A stretch of 64,000 nt of DNA from Octopus sinensis (Eukaryota), in NCBI RefSeq assembly GCF_006345805.1, contig NW_021833285.1, forward strand, positions 1 through 64,000, given 5' to 3'. Position 1 is the first letter of the stretch. Every line of letters begins with the position of its first letter. Below are positions 1 through 13,225 of the stretch, one piece after another. Position numbers and translations under genes: made by a program. The notes beneath the pieces were generated by a model, which was given only the letters and a program-made list of their open reading frames with translations, did no database searches and was not told where the DNA came from.

Positions 1-52
1 AAACAGTAATGGCTATGTTTCGGTCTCATTCGACCTCTTCAGTGATGATAGT
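1..52 (-). ncRNA. Putative PLE-type type I hammerhead ribozyme, truncated by the window edge
   Basis: Minus strand reads A-CTGAAGA-GGTC-gaatga-GACC-GAAA-CA-tagccattac-TG-T-T-T: canonical core, 4-bp helix II, short helix III and a GUU triplet. The 3' strand of helix I runs off the window. Confidence 0.45.
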
Positions 53-439
53 GAAACTAATCTTCCTTGAGGAAATCTAATTAGAGCAGGAAACGTTCTG
101 AGCGATCTCTGTACTTAACAAAGATCTGACTCAATTCCCATTGCAGACATACATTCAACTATGAATTACTTTGAGATTTGGAGTTATGTCCCTTGCTCTT
201 TTGATAAGAATTTGTCACTTGTGCTAATGAGTTTCATTTTTCGTAACGAGTGTACAATTAATTCTTTGAACATTTTTAACACACTTCACTTATTTAACTC
301 TGTTCATTCCGCACTGGTCATCCCTCTACAGAAACTTTTCACAAGTAATTATCGCGGTCACTATAATCGCTTTGGCCCCACACAAATTGGATGGACTTGT
401 GCCCCATGGGCTGTGAGCTTGCAGAATCGTTTGAGAATT

Positions 440-610
440 GGATAAATGCTTTGTGATATTTGTACCGGATATTTATATTCTGAGTTCAAATCTCTCTGTC
501 ATCAACTTCTCCTGTCGTTCTCTGACGTCAGTGAAATAAAGTACCAGTCAAGCAATGGCTACTCCCTTTGAAATTACTGGCCTTGTGCCAAAAGTAGAAA
601 GAATTGTTAC
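440..610 (+). mobile_element. Degenerate tRNA-derived SINE (family 2)
   Basis: ttctgagttcaaat (B-box-like) ... aaataaagtaccagtc ... ggccttgtgccaaaa matches the intact copy at 58237-58450. Confidence 0.6.
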
Positions 611-695
611 AACAGTTGTTGCTGTTGTTTTTCCTCCTCCTCCTCCTCCTCCTCCTTCTCCTCATCATCATCATCATTATCATCATTATTATTAT

Positions 696-1575
696 TTTAT
701 GTTTGACTTTTGCTTTACATTTGTTACAAGTTGGCTCCAAGTCTCACCCAGAGACCTCAAGAGACAACAAGTTGGAAGTTCATGCTGGTGTTATGCCTAG
801 GGTGCCATATATTTGGTTTTGTACTTAGTGTTGTTCTAGAGAATATTTAAGAAACCATAAGAAAATCGCTTGTTTTAAAATTTGAGATTAAATAGAAAGT
901 ATTTTGCGTAGGATATGAGCAGTTCCTATGAGCGCCATCTTTTGAAACTCTGCCATTTTGGGGTTTCCTGGTATCTGAGCTAGGAAGCAATCAGCTCCTT
1001 TTCCTATCATTCCCAGGGCACCTATGACAACAGGTATTATTTTAGTCTTCAGGTTCCACATTTTGCTGATTTCTGTTTGAAGACCTTTATACTTGCTCAG
1101 TTTTTGGCAGATCTTGACAGATACGTTTATATCGATTGGGACAGTCATATCAATGAGGAGGCATGTTCTTTGTCTGAAGTCTTTCAATATGATGTCTGGC
1201 CTATTCGCATCTATCTTTCTGTTAGTTTGAATGGTGAAGTTCCAGAGGAGTGAGATGTAATCATTTTCAAGCACTGGAGGTGGTTTGTGTTCCCATCAGT
1301 TTTTATCATGGGGCAGGTCCAGAGTTTTGCAAATTACCCAGTGAATATATTGTGCAGCTCTATCATGCCTGTTGAGATACACTGTAGGCGCAAGAAGACT
1401 GCACATGGAGATTTTGTTGTTGACATACACGACATGTTGGGCTACTGCCGTTCTTTAATATGTTGGCCTGGTAGCTCCTTGTAGGTAGGCATTGATCTTG
1501 AGCTGCTATGATAAACCCTTGGGTTTCAGATTTTAAGCCAGAGGCCATTAGCCGTTGATGGGTCAGGGCTTTGTC
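696..1575 (-). mobile_element. R4/Dong-clade non-LTR retrotransposon 3' fragment (family D): CCHC knuckle, RLE endonuclease and 3' UTR
   Basis: Minus frames give GLKSETQGFIIAAQDQ, CRVC, RHD, ANRPDIILKD, KLSKYKGL and VIGALG...GTAHILRKIL*. Both ends lie in TAA/AAC-type repeats. A small deletion affects the knuckle. Confidence 0.9.
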
Positions 1576-1624
1576 ATTATTATTGTTGTTGCTGTTATTA
1601 TTATTATTGTCATTATCATTATTA

Positions 1625-2148
1625 CCGTAAATCCTCGAGTATAATCCGCATTTTTTAACCATAATTTAAAGGTCAAAATCCTTTGTGCGTATTATATACG
1701 AGGTTAAAAATGAAAAATATTTTCTAAGCAATGTCCGAATCTCTATTTGCTGTCCAGCATTTTGCTGTCCAGACGCATTTTGTGATGACGGGAACGAAAA
1801 TGCCTTAAGCTAAGCCTGAAAGCAATGAAGTCATAAAAGAATCATCCATAACTTGCAGTAAGCAACATTTATTAAAATAAAAGTATTCAGAACACAGAAT
1901 AACATGTAACAAAAACAATTTACAAACATATTTACATTCCCATATAACAGTTAAAAACATCACCATTATTGTATTACGCATGCGCGGAAGTGTTTGTTCG
2001 ACTAGGTGCTGCTAGCTTAATCACGCACGACTCAAGTTAGAGAAGGGGTGCGTATTATACACAAGGTTTAGTTTTTTTCAGAGATACAGCCCCCTAAAAA
2101 TTCCCTGCGTATTATACTCAAGGGCGGACTATAAACGAGGATTTACGG
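1625..2148. mobile_element. Non-autonomous Tc1/mariner-superfamily MITE (Tc2/pogo-like TIR), TA TSD
   Basis: ta|CCGTAAATCCTCGAGTATAATCCGC ... GCGGACTATAAACGAGGATTTACGG|ta; subterminal tgcgtattata repeats. Confidence 0.85.
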
Positions 2149-2151
2149 TAT

Positions 2152-2320
2152 TCTTTTCTTTCTTCTTCTTCTTCTTCTTCTTCTTCTTCTTCTTCTTCTT
2201 CTTCTTCTCTCTTTCTTCTCTTCTTTTTCATCTTCATCTTCTTCTTCTTCTTCTTCTTCTTCTTCTTCTTCTTCTTCTTCTTCTTCTTCTAATTATTATT
2301 ATTATTATTATTATTATTGA
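2152..2320. repeat. (TTC)n followed by (TTA)n microsatellite
   Basis: Directly visible. Confidence 0.95.
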
Positions 2321-4027
2321 CTACAAATTCCGCCGAGGTCGACTTTGCTACCTCCTCCACCAAGTCATCCCAATTGCTAGAAATTGTGCCAGAAAAGGAT
2401 TATATGTTATTGTTTTTTAGGTGAAATTAATATATTCTGCTAAGGAACGGGATTTTTCTTGTCTTTAAACTGTATAAACACGTCTTTTATTTTTGCTTTG
2501 TTTTTAAATTCGGTTAAATGCAGGTTTGTTTTTAAGGGCTTTAGCAATTTTGCGTTGAAAATTCGTAGAAAAGAAAATGTTTTCCTTTTAAATTTAGTTT
2601 TTTCTTTTAGTTTTAGCCGCAATGAGGAACAACGAAGGCAAACTTTTGAATTTTTACTTTCGTTTTTTCGCGAGGTTTTTCGCGCAGTGAAGATCCCTAA
2701 TATGGTCTTCGAGACGAAACAAATTTGATTATTTCAGATGAAAAGAACAACGACGACAGTAACGACAAGAAGAAGAAGAAGGAGGAGGAGGAGGAGGAGG
2801 AGAAGGAGGAGGAGGAATCTCTTACATTCTATATAATTTCTTAGTCAACAGGGTAAATGAACAACTACAAAATGTTTTGTAATTCTTGAAGAGAAGACGG
2901 CACCGAGATCAAATTTGCTTTCCATCCTCCTTTCGCGGTGACATATTTAAGTACCAGTCAAGTACTGAGGTCAATATCGACTTTTCTCCTCTCAGAGCGA
3001 CGGGAGCCGAAACAAATCCTGAGAACTATTCTATTCCATGCTATGACAATTCTGCCATCTCGCTGCCGTTATTCTACACCCGAAGTATTATCGATATATT
3101 CGGATTTATTTTCTTACCTTTACGCTGCTCAGGAAAATTCGTGTACTTCGAAAACTTTTTCTGATTCCTCACAAGTAATATTTTATTTGGAAGATTATTC
3201 TGTAATCATCTCTTTTTTTCCCTCCTATTTTTCGCTCTTTGATTAATATCAGTTTCAGATTAGACAAGTCAGAATAATGCTGGCTGCAGCTTTTCACTTT
3301 TCAATAAAAAAAGCTACACAATTTCCAATTCACTTACCGTTCACTTTATTATGTTAAACCAGTAGTTAATAGCCAGGATATGAAGATAGTTGACACCTTA
3401 ATCTTATTTCTTACGTTCCGCCATAGCATTTGATGTTAATCTGTTTTATATATTTTCCTTCCTTTGTCTTTTGTCTTCTTTTTTCTCTCTCTCTCTCTCT
3501 TTATCTATTTATTCCAGTATTTCATCTGTTTCATTTCTTTTGAAGCATATCGATGGGTAGTCTTCTTCTGAATTATTTCATTTATAATATCCAACCGATC
3601 TATTTTAATAATAACCCGTCGTTATGTTAATTTTCTTATGTTTAAGCTATGTTATTGCATATTTTCATCCTCGTTGTTCGCGTTGCAATTTTTTGCTAAA
3701 TCTGAAAAACATCTGAGTATCTGAGTATCTCTTGTAAAACATAGTTTTCATATGGAATGTTACTGCAATTGTTTTTATTCAACAAATTATAGACCTCAAA
3801 GGAAGACATAAAAATATTGCGAACAGAAGATGATACATTGTCATACATTCCGTCTCCTATGGCAATCTCGTTAGTTTAGATATATGCATGAGTGGGCGTG
3901 GATAAATTTATACAAATAAGTATGTGTATAGTAGTATATATATAATATGTGTGTGTGTGTGTGTGTGCGTGTATATATAGATATATATATATACACGCAC
4001 ACATATTATTATTATTATTATTATTAT

Positions 4028-4224
4028 TCAGTAGTTTTATTTTTATAGCGTGCTTTCACTTCACTACCAAGCGCAGCTCTGTGTGCCTTGGGTATGTGCT
4101 GTGATTTGTTGTGATGCTCTGATGGTTATTGTATGGAAAGTGTTCTGCGTAGGATGTGTGCAGTGCCTAGTAGTGCAATTTTCTGTATGTTATATGTGTT
4201 TGTAAGTCCTGGTGTTTTTGTTAT
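4028..4224 (-). mobile_element. R4/Dong family A, 5'-truncated 197-bp 3' end
   Basis: TKTPGLTNTYNIQKIALLGTAHILRRTLSIQ* plus a 3' UTR near-identical to 48062-48250, 50147-50340 and 60600-60792; (TTA)n on both sides. Confidence 0.92.
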
Positions 4225-4241
4225 TATTATTGTTATTATTA

Positions 4242-4299
<58 letters not shown>

Positions 4300-4300
4300 A

Positions 4301-4380
4301 GCGCAGGCGTGTGGCTGTGTGGTAAGAAGCTTGTTTCCCAACCACATGGTTCAAGGTTCAGCACCACTGCAGGGCATTTT
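4301..4380 (+). mobile_element. tRNA-derived SINE head (family 1)
   Basis: gcgcaggcgtggctgtgtggtaagaagc (A box) ... ggttcagcaccactgc (B box); same head as 23654-24051. Confidence 0.75.
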
Positions 4381-4739
4381 GAATCTGGTCGGTTTGGCTG
4401 CCAGCATCAATTCTGTTCGAATTGATTTCATATTCGGTGTAATGATACGCTTTTATTGGTTAATGAATGACCTGAAAATCATTTTCGCTATAAATCAATA
4501 AATAGTTATTAGCAATTAAAGTTTGAAAATTTTGGTAATTTTAGCCAATCGTAAGCCACAAACACATTCATGCCTGTTTCCATTGTAACAAGCGGAACAT
4601 GAGAACCCTATTGTCTGTGAGAAAGCGCGTGTTGACAAATATATTGAAACCAGCTGTTTTAACTGCTGACAACTGAGTATGTGAATTTATGAACTGGTCA
4701 ACAAAATGTTCGTTTTAAATAAATATTTAATTTGTAACG

Positions 4740-4960
4740 TGTTGTTCATCGCAATTGCATTAAATGCATATTGAATGCTTGAAACTTATTGTTTACTCGT
4801 ATAGAAATAGTAGGGAAGGTTGTCAACTTTGTTCTATGGAAACTTATGAAATTTTAAAACATCAGAGTAATATAAATCTGTTGAATAATCGTCTGGATTT
4901 GGGAGTATCTTGCATACATTCCACAACCCGAACGTTTAAACACTTTAATTAAAAATTTTA
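4740..4960 (+). mobile_element. Penelope-like element ORF C-terminal remnant
   Basis: GCQLCSMETYEILK...LLNNRLDLGVSCIH fits the CxLCxxE..ILK..LLNxRxxLxxxCxH tail I recall downstream of PLE GIY-YIG domains. Confidence 0.65.
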
Positions 4961-5696
4961 ACTTTTTATTATAATAATAATAAGAAATATACTATACTAG
5001 CCTTCAATTTAACTTTCATAGATGACTAAAAAAACTTCACCTTAAACTTGAAATTGGAATTGTTTCTAAATCTAATCTAGTTTTAAAATTAATAAAGCTT
5101 TCCCCCAGTTATAAAATACTATGCCTACTCATAATAATAAGTGATAGTTTTTTCCCTACTCTCTGTAAAGGGAACTAATCACCTTTTGACATTGACCTAG
5201 TTCTTCTCACCAAATAGCAGTAATTGGTATTTTGTTAGTGGCAACTTGAATTCCTTTTATGGTACTCTGAAACCTCCCTTACCCCATTCCTACAACTAAA
5301 AAATCTTTATTACTTCTAATCTTATAGCAGTTAGATACAGCCATAGCTTGGTCAGTCAATGGCTGGACTTCACAACCTCATATGTTCTTAAAATTTAAAT
5401 CTACATCTTTATCTGTATATCTACCTTCTCTATAATGTTACTACTTGATTTGAAAGCTTCTGTATTATTGGAAAACCTATATAATTGGCTGATGAGCACT
5501 CAGCATCTTAAATCTGCTGTAATACTTACAACTTTTAATAAAATGATATAGTGCGAAACAATTGTACCAAATTACCGGAGTCATTCTTGTTGCTTATTTT
5601 TGATTATAATCACCCGGCAAATTTTTATGGATAACATAAAATTCTGGTGCATCTAAATTAAGTACCATATTCATTTGAATCTAAATTGTTGCTGAA

Positions 5697-5785
<89 letters not shown>

Positions 5786-5849
5786 GGTCCCGGGTTGAGT
5801 CGGGGTTAACCACAGTAAATAAGGTACTCAATACATAGCAGAGTAAAGT

Positions 5850-6990
5850 ATTTATTTTATAGAAGGAGCTTCTACAGACTAGAATGTTTCATTCAGATGA
5901 AATCTTCAGGAAGCTGGCTGTCAAAATAAGTTCTGGTATTTATGCATTTAGGCAGATTTAATGGAGTGGTGGTGGGGGACGTTTTTAGGGTAGGTTGGTA
6001 TTTAGGAGATAAACAGGGCACAAGCTATTGTTCTTAGGGGAGTGGTCAAAAGGCCAGAGTGTTTTTTGAAATGAGAAGAATCAGTGAGAAAATAAATAAA
6101 TGAATAAATAGAATAAATGAATAGAAACAGATATATGGGATGGGATTTTAGGTAAATTAGAAGACAATTGCTTTTTGGTGGTCAAGAAGAGGTAGGCAGT
6201 TTGTTATTGTTAGGTGGAGGGAATAAATAGATAAATATACATGAAAAAACATAAAATAAATATACAAACAAACACACATACATACACATGCGAATATACA
6301 TATGTATACATACATACGCACATATATATACATACATACACATACATACACACATATATATATATATACATACACATATATACATATATATATATATACA
6401 ATAAAAGCAATTAAGATTGAAGTCAATTCTAATGAATTCACTTGAATGCGGTACTTAACTTAGATGCACCTGAAAACTATATGGTGTTAACCATACAGTA
6501 ATGTGGGGTGATTATAAACGAGAAAGAAGCAACAAGAATGGATTAGTTTTTAGTACAATTGTTTCATACAAAGACAGGCTTTATTAAAAGTTGCAAATAT
6601 TGCAGCAGATAAAAGTGTCCCGTACTCATCAGCTAAAACACATATGAGTTCTCCAACTCATATATACACGCGCATACATACATATGCACATACATACACA
6701 TACACACATATATACACGCATACACATACGTATGTACATATACATATGCACACATACATATATATGCACATATATATAAAAAAACACACTCTGGCCTTTT
6801 GACCACTCCCCTAAGAACAATAGCTTGTGCCCTGTTTATCTCCTAAATACCAACCTACCCTAAAAACGTCCCCCACCACCACTCCATTAAATCTGCCTAA
6901 ATGCATAATATTTTTGATAGCTAGCTTCCTGAAGATTTCATCTGAATGAAACAGTTCTAGTCCTGTAGAAGCTCCTTCTATAAAATAAAT
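5850..6990. repeat. ~210-bp inverted repeat pair (5850-6067 / 6781-6990), probably PLE terminal sequence
   Basis: Arms are nearly exact reverse complements, bounded by (TA)n, and contain a degenerate CTGAAGA...GAAAC motif. Confidence 0.8.
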
Positions 6991-7026
6991 ATACATATAT
7001 ATATATATATATATTATATTATATAT

Positions 7027-7084
<58 letters not shown>

Positions 7085-7087
<3 letters not shown>

Positions 7088-7340
7088 TATTATAAAAGGC
7101 AGATTTTATCTGCCTCCCTTGGGAGTTATACAAATCTACATATAGGATTTCTTCAATTACAATTTACCTCGGATTTTTAAGAGTACAATGCATCGCGTCA
7201 TGCCAGGTCCAGTTTTTAAAATTTAAACTCCAATTAAGCAAAATTTACAGAAAACTCACATTCTGGTGTGTGTGTCAAATGCTTTTCTTAGTCTGGTTTA
7301 CACCACACGCAAACGCACACACACAGTGGGCAACGAATAA
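7085..7340 (+). mobile_element. Helitron-type 5' end fragment
   Basis: A|TCTTATTATAAAAG start resembles 8461 and 9626; no 3' CTAG/hairpin found. Confidence 0.45.
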
Positions 7341-7454
7341 AATGAAACTAATTCACTTACTGTAGTGAGTGATTCTTTCACTCTGCCTCCCACTTCTTCT
7401 TTCCACACATACACACGCAAATATATAAATAAAATTGTAAGCTAACGTGCGTGT

Positions 7455-7492
<38 letters not shown>

Positions 7493-7785
7493 GCGTGAGT
7501 GTGTGACAGGAAAGTTTTTTAGACGAATATAACACCTATATCCAAGTAGCAGAAAGATAAGACAGTAAGGTGTGATTTGAGGGAGATTTGGCTGCTATTT
7601 CTACCATGTCTAGCTGCCATGTAGGGGTCTCCCTCATAGGCTCATACATACATATATACATAGATAAGACAGTAAGGTGTGATTTGGGGGAAATTTTGCT
7701 GCTATTTCTACCAGGTCTAGCTACCATGTAGAGGTCCCCCTCAATTCTTTTTTCTTCTTCTTCTTTCTGCTTTTTTCACATGCTC

Positions 7786-7960
7786 TGTGGCCATGCTGGG
7801 GCAATGCCTTGAAGAATTGTAGTTTAATGAATCAACTCCAGTTTTATTTTTGTAAGCATTGTACTTATTCTATCTGTTTCCTTTGTCACCACTAGGTGAC
7901 AGGGATGTAAACAACCAACATTCGTTGTCAAGCAGTGGTGGAGGACAATCACAACACAGA
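7786..7960 (-). mobile_element. SINE family 1, 3' half
   Basis: tggccatgctggggc, gtacttattctatc and ttgtcaagc blocks are shared with 23654-24051. Confidence 0.75.
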
Positions 7961-8043
7961 CACGCACACACACACATACATGCATACACATATACACACA
8001 TACATACATACATACATATATATATGTGTGTGTATATATATAT

Positions 8044-8358
8044 ATTGCATCGTGGAAGGTGTTTGTAAGCCATTTAAGAAACACACAAAAACCGTTCATT
8101 CACTTCAACATTTAAATTTAATTTGCCAAAATATTTTCGTCGCTTTGAGACCGCGACCTGTTCACTGACAAAATATCGTGCTAACAGGTCGCGGTCTCAA
8201 AGCGACGAAAATATTTTGACAAATTTAATTTAAATGTTGAAGTGAATCTAACGGTTTTTGTGTGTTTCTTAAATGGCTTATAAACACCTTCAACGCTGCA
8301 ACTGTTTTCGTTCCAGCACACGATCTCAGATCAAGTCACTTGCTATGCAAGTACATCT
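8044..8358. repeat. Palindromic dispersed element (~125-bp arms plus asymmetric tail), copy 1
   Basis: Arms attgcatcgtggaagg...gacctgtt / aacaggtc...ccttcaacgctgcaac; second copy at 12901-13228. Confidence 0.85.
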
Positions 8359-8460
8359 CTGTAACTATATATATATTTATATATTATATATATGTATATT
8401 GTAAAAACAGTAAGATAACAAAAGAAAGAAAGAGACCTCAATATTATGTAAATAGAGGAA

Positions 8461-10019
8461 TCTTTATATATAAAAGTGAGGTTGTGTGTCTGTCTCCTAC
8501 GATTTAGATTCCTAACTACTCCCACATTTTGCGGTGCAGTTTAACCAAAACCGGGTATCTTATAGTCGTGATTCATATCGAGACCGTCTGGGTATTAGCG
8601 CGCGTCTACGATGAGTCTACGATTTAAAAAAAAAATTACCATCAATTTTTCCCATTTTTAATCCATTTTTGACATATATAAGGGAAGTAACTCTCTAAAA
8701 CTTATTATTAAATCTCAGAACGTAAAAAGCTACAGTAACACCCCTCCCCCTTTGTGGTTAGCCATATTGAGATGGCTATTATACTACTCAAAAAATAAAA
8801 AAACACAGCAAACAGAAACAAATAAATACATAACCATTTACTCCTCACACAATTTCTTCAATTAGAATTTACCTAAGATTTTTCAGAGTACTTCAGTGGG
8901 TGATGCCATAAAAAATTTCTTTCAATTTTACCACCAATTAAGACAAAATTCGAGAAAACTCAATATTTTAACATATCAATCCGAAGCATTGATGTACATG
9001 TGTGCGTGCGTGAGTGTGTGTGTGTCATTCCTCACACACACGCATACACATACATATACAACTACATACAACTACATACACATACAACTACATACAAACA
9101 CGTGTGTGTTTGTTATTAGTAAAAAGGCGCCAAAACTCAACTCACTTATCATTCCAACACATTTGCAAAGACACACGGACGGACAGAAAAGGTAAATTGG
9201 TTTTTATTTTACTCTTGTATATATTTTATTATATAATATTATATATAGATATATGTATATATAATTGCAGTATGAAACAGTGTTTATGTATAAACAGACA
9301 CTTATATATAGTTACCAAGCCGCCCGAATTTACCTATTCATATTTAAATGAGAATATCAGAGCAAATCTCTTTAGTACATTCGTGAAAACACGTATTATA
9401 CTTCGTAACACTTCAACTACAGTTTGTACAAAAATCGAAGTGTAATTTTTATTCCGTGAATTATGGGAGATTTTTTTTCCGAAATTTGTTCCTATTGTGT
9501 TTTCAAAATTTGTAATTCTGACAAAAAATGGATACGAATTTCATTATATCAAGCAGCGAGTCAGAATTCGAAGATTTTCTACTGAAGACCTTCATAACTA
9601 ACTCTATGACTGAAAAAAAAAAGCATCTTTATATAAGAGTGAAGTTGTGTGTCTGTCCCTACGATTTAGATTCCTAACTACTCCCACATTTTGCGGTGCA
9701 GTTTAACCAAAAGCGGGTATCTTATAGTCGTGATTCATATCGAGCCCTTCTGGGTATTAGCGTGCGTCTACGATGAGTCTACGATTTTAAAAAATTTACC
9801 ATCATATTTTTCCATTTTAATGCATTTTTTTCGCTTTTATATAAGGGAAGTAACTCTCTAAAAATATCTACGATGTGTCAACGATTTAAAAAAAAATTTA
9901 CCTTAATTTTTTTTCAATTTTTAATGCATTTTTTTGCTATTTTTGGGCTATAACTCTCTAAAAATGCTTATATATTTATTTCCCTTACAAACCCGAGCAA
10001 CGCCGGGCGATACTGCTAG
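8461..10019 (+). mobile_element. Composite non-autonomous Helitron (two 5' ends, one 3' end)
   Basis: A|TC starts at 8461 and 9626 share ~230 bp; the 3' hairpin CCCGagcaacgcCGGG (9992-10007) is followed by CTAG|T at 10016-10020. Confidence 0.8.
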
Positions 10020-10031
10020 TATATATATATA

Positions 10032-10225
10032 TATTAGAAGAAATGAGGTACCCAGAAATTCGGATGGTTTTATATTTACAGATATTTGTATATTACATGT
10101 TTTTATACATCATATAACTTAGATCATGTATTAGCGCTTACATGTATAAAAACATGTAATATACAAATAAATATCTGTAAATATAAAACCATCTGAATTT
10201 CTGAGTACCTCATTTCTTCTAATAT
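10032..10225. repeat. Near-perfect hairpin, ~80-90-bp arms
   Basis: tattagaagaaatgaggtac...atacat / atgtat...gtacctcatttcttctaata. Confidence 0.9.
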
Positions 10226-10253
10226 AAAATACCTGTACATCATCTCCAAACCT

Positions 10254-10327
<74 letters not shown>

Positions 10328-10334
<7 letters not shown>

Positions 10335-10610
10335 AAATACTAAAAAGTGAAAAAACTACAGAAGCTTTTAAAAAGGTTAAAAAATATATTTGAATCATAT
10401 GTCTGAAGAATATTATAAATTTTTTTCTTACAATGACATAGTTTAGAAGAAAGACCGGTTTCGCGTTTAGCTTTTCAAACGGTCTTTCTTCTAAACTATG
10501 TCATTGTAAGAAAAAAATTTATAATATTCTTCAGACATATTACTCAAATATATTTTTTAACCTTTTTAACAAGCCTTCTGTAGTTTTTCACTTTTTACTA
10601 TTTTCTATAT
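10328..10610. repeat. Near-perfect hairpin, ~125-bp arms
   Basis: Arms mirror around the centre gaccggtttcgcgtttagcttttcaaacggtc. Confidence 0.9.
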
Positions 10611-10643
10611 ATTCAACCACGTGCTTTCACAAACCAACTTTCT

Positions 10644-10702
<59 letters not shown>

Positions 10703-10723
10703 CATACTTACATATATATATAT

Positions 10724-10765
<42 letters not shown>

Positions 10766-10844
10766 AATAATATATATATATAATAGTAGAAATATGTTAC
10801 GAAAAGAAAATATAAAATACACGTGGAAATGTAAGGGTAAAATA

Positions 10845-11197
10845 TGAAAAATCAACGAAAATGCATATTGCAAATAGAAAAAGGCTATTTATGATAGGTA
10901 ACGACAAATATATACATTTAGATTGACTGAACTATTAGACCTGAGAACTATTAGTTCTCAGGAACTATTAGACCTGACACCGTGTTTTAACCGGTGTTGT
11001 TCAAACGATGAATAGCTTTGCGTAAACATTGGTTCGTTTTGTTCTCTTACTTTATTATCATCTTATAATCATCTCATAATAATGACTTTTATGACTCGTA
11101 CTACTACCTCAGTCAATCTAAATGTATATATTTGTCGTTACCTGTCATAAATAGCCTTTTTCTATTTGCAATATGCATTTTCGTTGATTTTTCATAT
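10845..11197. repeat. Inverted repeat, ~90-bp arms with ~180-bp spacer
   Basis: atatgaaaaatcaacgaaaatgc...gattgactga / tcagtcaatc...cgttgatttttcatat. Confidence 0.85.
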
Positions 11198-11224
11198 ATA
11201 TATATATATATTCACACACACACA

Positions 11225-11441
11225 CAAGGTGGTGCTGAAAAGTTCCTGCTTTGGGGTAAAATAAAATACAGGAGGATCAGTTAATCATGATTCTATCCAA
11301 CATATTCTCCTCTCAGATTCTCACACTTATTGGAGAGATCCTTTAGTTTTCCTAAGCCCAGTAAAAGAACCCGGAAGTTTGGGCCTCCAACCAGGCTTTT
11401 CGTGAGACCCTTAAAGCCAGGAACTTTTCAGCAACCCCTCG
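11225..11441. mobile_element. Mariner-derived MITE
   Basis: TIR caaggtggtgctgaaaagttcctg / ccaggaacttttcagcaacccctcg|ta. Confidence 0.8.
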
Positions 11442-11924
11442 TAGATATAGATACGTACACATGGTAATACAGATCTCCATTTTGTGTTTTAGATTTAGGT
11501 TATGACGTCACACTGGCGCGCTGCCTGCTGCGCTACCGTTATGAAATCGTTGATATATTGACTTTGATTCGTAGATATCGATCCGCTTATGGCAAGTATC
11601 CCTTATATTCGAGGGTTTGTAACACTTGTAATTATCACTCCATACACTTATTTATTTATTTAACAGTTTATTTATCCGCTTTAGTTTCCTGTGTAGCAGC
11701 CTCTGCTTGCTTCCCTGTCTTTTGATCTTCAGATCCATATGCGTGTGTGTGTGTGTGTGGTGTGTGTGTACAGAGAGAAAGAGGTGGGAGAGAGAGAGAG
11801 TATGGGAGAGAGAGGAAGAGAGAAAGAGAGGGAGCGAAAGATGTATACATACGTCATACATTCATTCACACACATACACACGCGTATAGCTATCTAGATC
11901 CATGTATCTATATGCGTGTGTGTG

Positions 11925-11965
<41 letters not shown>

Positions 11966-12042
11966 CACACACACACATCAATACCACATACTTAATCCAG
12001 ATACTTACATATAGATACAAAGAGAGACAGAGCGGGGGAAAT

Positions 12043-12074
<32 letters not shown>

Positions 12075-12696
12075 ACATATTTATATATATACACACACAC
12101 ACACACACCTGCATCGGAATCGTTTTAGCCCCCCTGATAATATAAAGTCGCTCCCCACCCCTACAGCCACCCTCATCTTTCTATGACTGTCAGAGCTTTT
12201 ATTATACGTTATCATCAGACTCCACATCATAGGAACGTTTCTTCTTGGTCGTTTCTGACTTCATTACTTTTGTTTTCTTTTCTAGCTACGCCATATTGCT
12301 CTCCCGTTCGTTGCGCTGTTTGAAATCATTTCTTTTATTTGTAAATTGTTGAATGCAACTCCTGGGGGATCACGGGAAGCGGTTTTTGGTTTTGTCTTTT
12401 ATTTGTTTCACTCGAAGCACTGCAGCCATACCGTGGCATCAATTTGATGGGTTTGCTCGAACAAAAAATCGATCCCCAGTTCTTATTTTTAAGTGTGATA
12501 CTTATTCCATCAGTATCTCAAGGCGAACTGCTAAGTTAGGATAACATAAACATACCGGTTGTCAAGCGATGACACACACAGTTACACGCACAAATATATG
12601 CACACATCCATGTATATCTATCTATCTATCTATCTATCTATCATCTATATATATATATATATATTATATATATATACATCTTCCACGCTGCAATTG

Positions 12697-12728
<32 letters not shown>

Positions 12729-12732
12729 TATA

Positions 12733-12800
<68 letters not shown>

Positions 12801-12900
12801 CAAAGCGACGATATATATATATATACATATATATATATATTATATATATATATATATATAGTAATATATTATATATAGATTATATATATATATAATATAT

Positions 12901-13225
12901 AATTGCAGCGTGGAAGGTATTTGTAAGCCATTTAAGAACGCACAAAAACCGTTAGCTTCATTTCAACATTTTGTGTCAAAATATTTTCGTCGCTTTGAAA
13001 CTGCGACCTGTTCGTTCACGAAACTTCGTGCAGCATGAAGTTTTGTCAGTGAACAGGTCGCAGTTTTAAAGCGATGAAAATATTTTGACACAAATTAAAT
13101 TCAAGTGTTGAATTGAAACTAACTATTTTTGTGTGTTCTTAAATGGCTTACAAACATCTCCCACGCTGCAATTTTTTTTGTTCGAGTACACGGTCTCAGA
13201 TCAAGTCACTTGCTATGCAAGTACA

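Noticed and set aside
5488-6640. CTGATGA motifs at ~5490 (+) and ~6628 (-) as hammerheads
   Set aside because: No helix II followed by GAAA
8300-8350. Tail of the hairpin element as a hammerhead (minus strand)
   Set aside because: The core does not match CUGANGA and the helices are unconvincing
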